A stretch of 29,816 nt of DNA from a virus (Duplodnaviria; Caudoviricetes): the IMG/VR virus record IMGVR_UViG_3300030095_005515, positions 1-29,816 of that record. One strand, 5' to 3'. Shown one piece after another: positions 6,999-14,250 of this stretch. Every line of letters starts with the position of its first letter. The first letter of the stretch is position 1. The notes beneath the pieces are model-generated. The model was given only the letters and a program-made list of their open reading frames with translations. It did not search any database and had not been told where the DNA came from. The translations under genes and the position numbers were made by a program.

Positions 6999-7360
6999 TA
7001 CAGCTCTTTTTTTATCTTTTCATTTACTATTCTAAAAGTATTCCACAAGGCAAAAAGAAAAATTATAATCCACTCTATTCTAGAACCATTTAAAAGGCCT
7101 GATAAGTATAAGTTTACGCAAGTCGTTGAAGAAATAATGGTAGCTATTTGAACAGCGTAAAATCTAAGCCTTAGACAATTAGAGAAAACGGCATATAATT
7201 GATAAACTCCTGACAAAATAGCTATAATTATTAAGGGTATATTTAAAGCGTTAAACTCCACACATATAGTTGCGGGTAATAAAAATATATGACAAACACC
7301 TATTAATATTTCGCTAGGCTCTCCGTCAGAATAAATTAATATTTGTTTTAACCTATTCAT
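6998..7360 (-). CDS. multi-pass membrane protein
   Basis: About four hydrophobic segments in 120 aa; stop/start overlap with the next gene. Confidence 0.7.
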   Translation of the reverse strand: MNRLKQILIYSDGEPSEILIGVCHIFLLPATICVEFNALNIPLIIIAILSGVYQLYAVFSNCLRLRFYAVQIATIISSTTCVNLYLSGLLNGSRIEWIIIFLFALWNTFRIVNEKIKKEL

Positions 7361-7392
7361 TATTTTGCTTTTCTGACTTTTTTAGCTGCCAT
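7360..7392 (-). CDS. 10-aa basic mini-ORF (MAAKKVRKAK)
   Basis: AAAAATG start overlaps the end of 7382-7537; its TAA overlaps the ATG at 7360 (TAATG). Confidence 0.35.
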   Translation of the reverse strand: MAAKKVRKAK

Positions 7393-7537
7393 TTTTGTGT
7401 TTTGTTTGAACTTCAAATTCAGCAGTTAAACTAGCTCCTTTGTGAGGCACAAATTTTCCTGAATGTTTCATTAATTTATAACTACTTCCACTTTTCATCC
7501 AATGATGACCCGCAGGTGCTTTTATTTTTTTTTTCAT
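7382..7537 (-). CDS. small basic protein (51 aa, not in the ORF track)
   Basis: MKKKIKAPAGHHWMKSGSSYKLMKHSGKFVPHKGASLTAEFEVQTKHKNGS*; starts 3 nt after the upstream stop. Confidence 0.8.
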   Translation of the reverse strand: MKKKIKAPAGHHWMKSGSSYKLMKHSGKFVPHKGASLTAEFEVQTKHKNGS

Positions 7538-7540
7538 ACT

Positions 7541-7831
7541 TTACCACTTTACTTTATCTGCCCAATAAGCAGCAGACATCTTACCTTTAGCTATATTTTT
7601 TTTGTGCCTAGCCTTGAATGAGGCTCTTTTCTTTTTCATCTTTTCAGATTCACCTTTTTTAGGTTTACCTGCAGTTTTAGCTCCTTGCTCTCCAAACCTA
7701 ATAGTTTTTATTTTATCACCATCTTTAGCTACAACAACATGCGATTTTTTAGGGTGACTAGGAGTTCGTTTAGGTTTATTATAACCTGAAACACCTGCTC
7801 TTTCTAGTCTTGAGTCTTTTTTTTTAACCAT
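7541..7831 (-). CDS. small Lys/Arg-rich protein of a type recurrent in aquatic phages
   Basis: YNKPKRTP.HPKKSHVVVAK.G..IK.IRFG.QG…R.SFKARH…SAAYWADKVKW. Confidence 0.8.
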   Translation of the reverse strand: MVKKKDSRLERAGVSGYNKPKRTPSHPKKSHVVVAKDGDKIKTIRFGEQGAKTAGKPKKGESEKMKKKRASFKARHKKNIAKGKMSAAYWADKVKW

Positions 7832-8586
7832 TACGATGCAGTATAATTAGTTGAACGCTTACTATAAGATATATTCCAAGAAACTTTAACAAAGTCAGTT
7901 CCTCCCGTATGAGAGCTAGCTTTTACAAATAAAAATATTTTTTTACCTCTAGCTATTTTAGACCCTGCAACAGACTCTACAGCAAAATCGTAACCTGTAC
8001 TTACTACAGCGCAATTTACTGTTTTTTGACCTATAAAAGTAGCGTTTTGAAGAGATGCGTTTGTTCCGTCATCTTGGTCTGCGTAAAAAGCTATTATATC
8101 TACATTGCCAGCCTGACTAGAATTAAGCACAGTGCCTGATATTTTAACGTCAAAAACTTCAAAGGGAACTTCTATCCCTAAGTGAGAATATTGGCCTAAT
8201 ATAGATGGTGACACTGTATTGCTAAGTGATACTGTAGTAAATTGAGTCCACGCAAAGTAAGCCCAACCATAAGTACCACTACCGTAATACCATCTATCTG
8301 CAGCAGTTGCCCCTACTCTAAAAGAACCCGCAGCTAAAGAACCAAATGTTTTATCATCAGCTATTACTTCTACGGACTTTACTAACGTATGTAAAAAAGC
8401 ACGAACATTTTCTGCTTTAATACCGCCTTTTACATTAGTCTTAAAATTATCTTCAATAAAGTGAAGTAAGTTATCTCTATCAAATTGTTCATTTGCAGTT
8501 ACAGCAGCAGAATCATTACTCCTACCTTGACCTGTAAACTTAGTATTATAATTTGAAGCTTCATTTGTGTAATTAGGTGTAGCCAT
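7831..8586 (-). CDS. putative virion structural protein (helical N-terminus, beta-rich C-terminal domain)
   Basis: 251 aa, Ser/Thr/Gly-rich, follows the head-tail adaptor. Confidence 0.6.
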   Translation of the reverse strand: MATPNYTNEASNYNTKFTGQGRSNDSAAVTANEQFDRDNLLHFIEDNFKTNVKGGIKAENVRAFLHTLVKSVEVIADDKTFGSLAAGSFRVGATAADRWYYGSGTYGWAYFAWTQFTTVSLSNTVSPSILGQYSHLGIEVPFEVFDVKISGTVLNSSQAGNVDIIAFYADQDDGTNASLQNATFIGQKTVNCAVVSTGYDFAVESVAGSKIARGKKIFLFVKASSHTGGTDFVKVSWNISYSKRSTNYTAS

Positions 8587-8596
8587 AGTTTATTTA

Positions 8597-9202
8597 TTAA
8601 TCGTAGTAACCCTCTTTTTTATTTCTTCCTTTTGAGCTTTTGTGTCTACTAGTTTTATTTCCATAAGCTAATATACCACCTAACCTAGTAACGTTATCTC
8701 CATTTAAATGCATATCGTTTTCTCCACTTTCATAGTCTGAATAAACACCAACATTGTCATCGTCATCTAACCAATCCATCATATCTTTTTTAAGTATTTC
8801 AGCTTTTCTAAAAGTATCTTCTTTTAATACAGCTAACTCAAAAGTATCTACGGGGTCACTAAAATCATCATCATTTGTTACTACACCTGAAGATGTTGTA
8901 TTGTATTGCATGTCATTTAAAACCTCGTATTTAACGTAAAAAGCTAAACAAGGTTTTATGTAGTTATTTAAGAGTGTAGTTTCGCTAGAGTTCAAAACAC
9001 TACCCGAGCCTGTGGTTTTCTTTTTTCTAAGTTCACCCCAAAAAAAGTCACCTAAATGAGGTTTTAAGTGGGTTAACTCAGTTATAAGTACTACGTTGTC
9101 ATCTATTATACTAGAATCCATATTAGAGTTGCTCATGGCTTTAGAAACAACTTCTGCCGCAGTAATTAAATTATCATATTGTCTATAATCAGTTTTAGGC
9201 AT
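8597..9202 (-). CDS. putative head-tail adaptor
   Basis: Directly after the portal; HLKPHLG..FW.EL, LLNNYIKPCLAFYV.YE, TT.SGV pattern. Confidence 0.7.
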   Translation of the reverse strand: MPKTDYRQYDNLITAAEVVSKAMSNSNMDSSIIDDNVVLITELTHLKPHLGDFFWGELRKKKTTGSGSVLNSSETTLLNNYIKPCLAFYVKYEVLNDMQYNTTSSGVVTNDDDFSDPVDTFELAVLKEDTFRKAEILKKDMMDWLDDDDNVGVYSDYESGENDMHLNGDNVTRLGGILAYGNKTSRHKSSKGRNKKEGYYD

Positions 9203-10475
9203 TTTGACTAGAATTTACATTTGATAAATAAACATCATCTAAATCAGGTCTTTCTTCTAAACCAATCAAACTTCTAAGTTCATTAATGTCTGCTATTTGT
9301 TTAATATCAATGTCAGCAGCAAATCCTATAGGGGATTCAAATTGAACCTCTAAAGATGAAGAGTCTAACATTAAAACTTTACCTAAAGCATCACGCATAG
9401 GTTTAAAAACTTGCTCTATTGTATCTTGTATAACAGTTCTCATAACCAAATCATAAGATATTCTAATCTCACTACCTGTGTTATTCATCTTGCCACTAGA
9501 AACAATACCTGAAAGAGCAGGTTGCCATCTGTGGGCTGTAACAATATTATTTCTAGTAAGTTCTTGATACTCCATAAAACTACCGTCTTTATCATCTTTT
9601 AAGATTTGAACATTAGCACCTCCACCACCTGCTCCATCCTTAACAAGGAATAATATTTTACCGTTGTTCCCTTCTCCTGTAAGTTTGTCTTGAGCTAAAG
9701 ATATTAATTCTTCAGCTTCATCATCACTCATAGAGCCTTCTATTTCTACAATAGCAGAAGGCATAAATCCGTTTTCAAATTTAGAGCGATTATATTTTTG
9801 TATTAAATAATCTATTTCTATAGAGCCACTTTCTGCAGCAGCTATATAATCAGGAATACCATATCTTTGAAATCCACTTTCATAATCCTTAAACATCAAA
9901 ACAGACCTTCCGTTTTTAAAATTAGGAAACATAGGTAGTTTTCTAACTTCTTTATCTTTTATGTCGTAATGAGCCCAATCAGGATTTATATATACAGAGT
10001 CCATGTTTTTACCGACACGAACCATGGTCGCATCAATATGATACATGTTGAACCCTCCTTCATATTCGACAAATTCTATATATGAGTTTCCAAATGTGTA
10101 AAAGTCGTCTACAACTAATCTAAATAGATTTCTTAAAGACTGACCTGAAGGATTAACTTCCCTTATGTAGTCTTGTAATGTTGCGTTTACTGTAGTTATT
10201 TTACTACCCGCTGTGTAAGTTGCTTTTTGAGACAGTATAGCTCTGTGAGTGCTAGATTTTCTTTTTAATTCAGCAAGATATTGAGGAAATAAATTATCCT
10301 CTCCAAATTTATAATATTCTTTAGACGTAATATTATGTTGCCTTTCTTTTATATCAGGCATAGGAGATAGGTTTACTACATCAAACCTAAGTCTTCCTGT
10401 TGCTTTTTTATTGATAGTGTTAACAGTAGAGCTAGCTACAAACCTACCTTTTGAGTCTCTTTTTCTTTCTGCCAC
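9195..10475 (-). CDS. portal protein
   Basis: GTG start; FGEDNLFPQYL, S.THRAI, D…FGNSY.E, YG.PDY.A, FENGFMPS, GEGNNGK, IV.AH, INELRSLIGL. Confidence 0.88.
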   Translation of the reverse strand: MAERKRDSKGRFVASSTVNTINKKATGRLRFDVVNLSPMPDIKERQHNITSKEYYKFGEDNLFPQYLAELKRKSSTHRAILSQKATYTAGSKITTVNATLQDYIREVNPSGQSLRNLFRLVVDDFYTFGNSYIEFVEYEGGFNMYHIDATMVRVGKNMDSVYINPDWAHYDIKDKEVRKLPMFPNFKNGRSVLMFKDYESGFQRYGIPDYIAAAESGSIEIDYLIQKYNRSKFENGFMPSAIVEIEGSMSDDEAEELISLAQDKLTGEGNNGKILFLVKDGAGGGGANVQILKDDKDGSFMEYQELTRNNIVTAHRWQPALSGIVSSGKMNNTGSEIRISYDLVMRTVIQDTIEQVFKPMRDALGKVLMLDSSSLEVQFESPIGFAADIDIKQIADINELRSLIGLEERPDLDDVYLSNVNSSQNA

Positions 10476-10498
10476 AACTTATAAGTATAACGATTTTA

Positions 10499-10510
10499 CA
10501 AATATAATAA
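10499..10510 (-). promoter_or_regulatory. promoter -7 element upstream of the portal gene
   Basis: TTATTATATTTG on the - strand, identical to the 12-mer upstream of the protease gene. Confidence 0.65.
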
Positions 10511-10541
10511 AAAATAAAGGGCTACTCCCGTAGTTTCACCC
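10508..10541 (-). terminator. possible intrinsic terminator after the tail-tube genes
   Basis: - strand GGG-TGAAA-CTAC-GGGA-GTAG-CCC followed by TTTATTTTTT. Confidence 0.5.
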
Positions 10542-10553
10542 AATATTAATATA

Positions 10554-11171
10554 TTAAGATGCTGATATTTGTCTAGGAATCTCTCCTTGAACTGCAGTAA
10601 GTTTTACTGTAGCCCCAACATCGTCAGTCATTGTTGAGCCTGAAGACATTTCTACAGACTCTAAGAATAAAGCAAATTGAGATGTTAAGTGGTCTGTTCC
10701 ACTAACAGCAGTTTTATCACCTAAAACATTATCCCATCCTACAAGAACCTCTGTTAAAGAACCTCCCCCTGTATTAGTTTTTCCAGATTGCAATTTTACT
10801 GTACCCATAAGACCCTTACCAACTAAAGCTTGTAGGCCACCTAAAGTAGTTGCGTTTATCTCAGGTATAAAACCTTCTATAGAGCAAGTGTGTAAAGCTA
10901 AGCCATTTTCTTGAGATGTAGAGACGGTAAATGTAGATTGCTCAGGTGCAAAACGATATGTAACTACACCTGTAGGGTAATTGCCTGCAACTAAAACAAT
11001 GTCATGAGTGCTGTCTATAGCTGTGCCTAACTCCAATGAATTAGTTGCGCTAACAGCTGTAGGAGTATAAACTTGCTCCCATAATTTAATAGAGTGAACT
11101 CCACCTACTAAATGTTTTTTAGATTGAAGCGATGTGTACCAAGCTGTACTATTTAAACCAATTAAAGCCAT
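10554..11171 (-). CDS. tail tube-like structural protein, paralog 2
   Basis: GGVHSI…IEGFIP…LVGW…SSGSTMTDDVGATVKLTAVQ; shares motifs with 11200-11718. Confidence 0.65.
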   Translation of the reverse strand: MALIGLNSTAWYTSLQSKKHLVGGVHSIKLWEQVYTPTAVSATNSLELGTAIDSTHDIVLVAGNYPTGVVTYRFAPEQSTFTVSTSQENGLALHTCSIEGFIPEINATTLGGLQALVGKGLMGTVKLQSGKTNTGGGSLTEVLVGWDNVLGDKTAVSGTDHLTSQFALFLESVEMSSGSTMTDDVGATVKLTAVQGEIPRQISAS

Positions 11172-11186
11172 TTTATTTTCTTTTTA
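11163..11186. repeat. 24-bp direct repeat, copy 1
   Basis: TAAAGCCATTTTATTTTCTTTTTA, identical to 11710-11733; spans the start codon. Confidence 0.9.
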
Positions 11187-11199
11187 TTTTAATATTTTA

Positions 11200-11718
11200 T
11201 TAGAATGTAGCAGGAGGAGCAGGTTGAATGCAAGTAAAAGTTGCAGTAGCCCCATTTTCATCAGACAACCCAGAGCCTGAATTAAGAACAAAAGAAGTTA
11301 ACTCTAAAGGATGGTCACATTCAGATGAGCTGTTAGATGTTATAGCGTTCCAACCAACTAAATAATTAGTCCCCTCCCATGTATAAACCTTAGCAACTAA
11401 AGTTTCTTGTACAAGTTTCTGAAGCGCGTCTAATTCACTAGATGTAATATTAGGTATATATCCTTCAATTACAATTTCGTAAGTGTATAAACCCTTACCT
11501 CTATCATTAGATGATGTTGCCTGAATGCTTGCGCTTTCTTTTTTAAACTGAATTTTCTTAATATCACCTGCCGCAGCTAATGTGCTAGTAGTAGCAACAT
11601 TATTAGCTCCTATAAAAAAGTTCTGCCCACCCGCTGAGTAAGCTGCAATTTCTATTGATTTTACACCACCTTTTGCGAAGTGGTCATTTCCTCCAACTAG
11701 TATTTGTGCTAAAGCCAT
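11200..11718 (-). CDS. tail tube-like structural protein, paralog 1
   Basis: GGVKSI…IEGYIP…LVGW…NSGSGLSDENGATATFTCIQ; directly after the major capsid gene. Confidence 0.68.
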   Translation of the reverse strand: MALAQILVGGNDHFAKGGVKSIEIAAYSAGGQNFFIGANNVATTSTLAAAGDIKKIQFKKESASIQATSSNDRGKGLYTYEIVIEGYIPNITSSELDALQKLVQETLVAKVYTWEGTNYLVGWNAITSNSSSECDHPLELTSFVLNSGSGLSDENGATATFTCIQPAPPATF

Positions 11719-11733
11719 TTTATTTTCTTTTTA
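11710..11733. repeat. 24-bp direct repeat, copy 2
   Basis: Identical to 11163-11186. Confidence 0.9.
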
Positions 11734-11739
11734 AAAGTT

Positions 11740-11778
11740 AAAAAAAAGGGAGAGGAGAAAGAACCCCAACTCCCTTTT
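11740..11778 (-). terminator. intrinsic terminator after the major capsid gene
   Basis: - strand AAAAGGGAG…CTCCCTTTTTTTT. Confidence 0.8.
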
Positions 11779-11798
11779 ATATTAATCATTATACTATA

Positions 11799-12866
11799 TT
11801 ATGCGTGAATCGCAGTTACAGCTAATTTAGAGTCCATTAACTGAGTACCACAAGCATATCCAAATCGCATTCTGTAAGCCTTTTGGTCTAAAGAATACCA
11901 ATTTTCAACTGAAGCACCTTGGAAATCAGAACCTACAGCTATTGCTCCGTCAGCAATAAGAGCTATACGACCTGCAGAATCAGCAGCAGAAGCACCAACA
12001 ATTAAAGCGTGGTCATTAGCAATGTGAGAATCCCAATCTCTACGAACTACCATAGGAATACCTGCAAAGCTTAAGTTAGCAGGAGTACCATCTTGTAAGT
12101 AGATGAAAGACTCAGAAATGTTTTGAGCACGTAAGTACTTCATGTAAGCATTAGCGATAACTCCTGAAACATACATTGTTTTAGGAAGTTCTGTTAACTC
12201 AGGGGTTGCAGCATCTACAACAGCTTCAAGGATTGCAACAACTTCAGCTCCTGTGTAAACACCTGAGTTAGCTAGTGTACAACCTGCATTAGTAGGTGAG
12301 TCAGCAGAAACACCAACAACTAATTTTTGATCTCCAGCTAAACCGTCTTTAAGAACCTCAAAGATTCCGTCGTAAACATCGTAATCTGCGTTACGACCTG
12401 TTCCATCTGCGTCAGTTCCGTCAGCAGTTGCGTTTAAGTTTGCAAACCATAATTGTCTGTGGAAGTCACGCTTCACAGCTTGCATCATGATGTTAGCCAT
12501 GATTTCTTTAATCACAGTTCCGTCAATATTATTTTTTGCAGTACCTAATTTTAAAGCTTGAGCTTTTACTGTAGCAAAAAACGCATTTGCTTTTTGTTCC
12601 ATTTCAGCTTCAAGGTTTCCAACCACTAAAGTCTTTTGAGTGTAAGAAGATGTTTCAGCATCAGCAGAAAAAGCATCACCTGCATTTGCATTTGTAATGT
12701 ATTCAGCAGACTGAAAGTGGTCTAATTTCATACTTGATTTTACGTCAGGATAAAGCGTAAATTTACTCAAGTATGAGTCATCTCCTAAAAACAAAGGAGA
12801 TAAGAAATACTTCTCCACCTCTTCTTGATGGTATCCTGTAATTGATGTACTAATAGCGTTAGCCAT
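11799..12866 (-). CDS. major capsid protein (HK97 fold)
   Basis: 355 aa, directly after the protease/scaffold gene and followed by a terminator; YD..DGIF..L, LSFAGIPMVV, WYS.DQKAYRMR. Confidence 0.85.
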   Translation of the reverse strand: MANAISTSITGYHQEEVEKYFLSPLFLGDDSYLSKFTLYPDVKSSMKLDHFQSAEYITNANAGDAFSADAETSSYTQKTLVVGNLEAEMEQKANAFFATVKAQALKLGTAKNNIDGTVIKEIMANIMMQAVKRDFHRQLWFANLNATADGTDADGTGRNADYDVYDGIFEVLKDGLAGDQKLVVGVSADSPTNAGCTLANSGVYTGAEVVAILEAVVDAATPELTELPKTMYVSGVIANAYMKYLRAQNISESFIYLQDGTPANLSFAGIPMVVRRDWDSHIANDHALIVGASAADSAGRIALIADGAIAVGSDFQGASVENWYSLDQKAYRMRFGYACGTQLMDSKLAVTAIHA

Positions 12867-12889
12867 AATTTTCTTTTTTTAAATTACTA

Positions 12890-13927
12890 TTATTTATTAA
12901 AAATTTGATTTGCTAGTGAGTCCCAAGCATCAGGCTGTTTGGTTTTTTCAACTAATTTAGGCTCATTTTCAGCTAATGTAACTGAAGGCGTAGCCTCTAA
13001 CTTTGAAATACGCTGAGCCATAGTTTCAAACTGAGTCTTAAAATCTTCTTTAGACTCGTTAGCTTTTTCTTTTTCAGCGCTAAGTTTTTGAGATAAAGAA
13101 TCTCTTTCGTCAGTTAGGCTATTAATTTTAGCTTCTAACTCTTCAATACTTACTTTAGGCTGTTCTTCTTTAGCTTCTGTTTGAACTTGCTCTTGTTGAG
13201 CTTCAGCTTCAGTTTTACCTACAATTAGGTTTTTGATTTCTGTAAACCAATTTTTCATAGTTACTTCATCCATTTGATTCTCTGTTTTTAAAAGTTCGTT
13301 TCCGAACGTGGTTAATATTTCTTCTGCAGTTTTATTTTCAAATACTGTAATATCGTATTTAGCTACAATTTCTACTTTACCTGAAACAGAATCAACAAAG
13401 CCCATTTCTTTAGCTTCATCAGCACTTAACCAAGTTTCTGAATCTAGCATGTAAGAAATTTTTTCTTCATCTAACCCTGTTCGCTTAGAATACACCTTAA
13501 GCATTGTGCTTTCAACTTTTTCTAATGCGTTTATTTGTTTGCGCATTTGAGACTTGTTTCCAAACACATTACTCATAGGTGAATGTATCATAAATAAGCT
13601 GTTAGAGGTCATCTCTATAGTGTCAGCAGCTAAAGCTATAACCGTAGCCATTGAGGCAGCTAAACCTTCTATTTTAGCCGTCACCTTTCCTGTATAGTTC
13701 TTTAGTGCAGTGTAAATAGCTTGACCCTCGAACACATCTCCACCCGTACTGTTAATGTGAAGAATAATATCTTTACCCCCTAAATCTTTTAAGTCTTGTA
13801 AAAAACTTTTCGCAGTAATTCCGTGAACACCAATCTCGTCATATATAAATATATCCGTAGACTTTCCTTTCTTTGCCTCTATCGGATTAATAGCGTACCA
13901 CGATTTATTTTGATAAATACTTTCCAT
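12890..13927 (-). CDS. ClpP-type prohead maturation protease with C-terminal scaffold-like coiled coil
   Basis: IYDEIG..GITA, INSTGGDVFEG, EGLAASMA (catalytic Ser), FMIHSP (His), ETWLSADEA.EMGFVD; acidic coiled-coil tail. Confidence 0.92.
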   Translation of the reverse strand: MESIYQNKSWYAINPIEAKKGKSTDIFIYDEIGVHGITAKSFLQDLKDLGGKDIILHINSTGGDVFEGQAIYTALKNYTGKVTAKIEGLAASMATVIALAADTIEMTSNSLFMIHSPMSNVFGNKSQMRKQINALEKVESTMLKVYSKRTGLDEEKISYMLDSETWLSADEAKEMGFVDSVSGKVEIVAKYDITVFENKTAEEILTTFGNELLKTENQMDEVTMKNWFTEIKNLIVGKTEAEAQQEQVQTEAKEEQPKVSIEELEAKINSLTDERDSLSQKLSAEKEKANESKEDFKTQFETMAQRISKLEATPSVTLAENEPKLVEKTKQPDAWDSLANQIFNK

Positions 13928-13935
13928 ACTATTTG

Positions 13936-13947
13936 CAAATATAATAA
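13936..13947 (-). promoter_or_regulatory. promoter -7 element upstream of the protease/capsid operon
   Basis: TTATTATATTTG(CA) on the - strand, ending 8 nt before the ATG. Confidence 0.7.
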
Positions 13948-13977
13948 TTAATTACTATTTACTGTTGACAGTGCTCG

Positions 13978-14250
13978 TCATTTTGTTTTCATATAATCAT
14001 AAACAATTCTTTGAGCTTGTCTAACAGAGATTTCATATTTTTCAGATATATCTAAAAATATATTTTTTATAAGCTCTGTGTTCTTTTTTTTTAAAGCCTC
14101 ATTAAAGTAACTTCTTATAAGGTAGTTTCTAACAGAAGAAACACTTAACATATTTTCTTTAAATAAAACATCTAACACATCTTTAGATTTTAATCCATGT
14201 ATATTTTCTATCTTTTCTGATAACTCAATTTTCATTTTAGAATTTTGCAT
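13978..14250 (-). CDS. small HTH protein (Mor-like putative transcriptional regulator)
   Basis: C-terminal IFLDISEKYEISVRQAQRIVY helix-turn-helix. Confidence 0.6.
   Translation of the reverse strand: MQNSKMKIELSEKIENIHGLKSKDVLDVLFKENMLSVSSVRNYLIRSYFNEALKKKNTELIKNIFLDISEKYEISVRQAQRIVYDYMKTK

Noticed and set aside
12890-13927. Host housekeeping clpP
   Set aside because: Sits directly before the capsid gene and has a scaffold-like tail, so it is a prohead protease.
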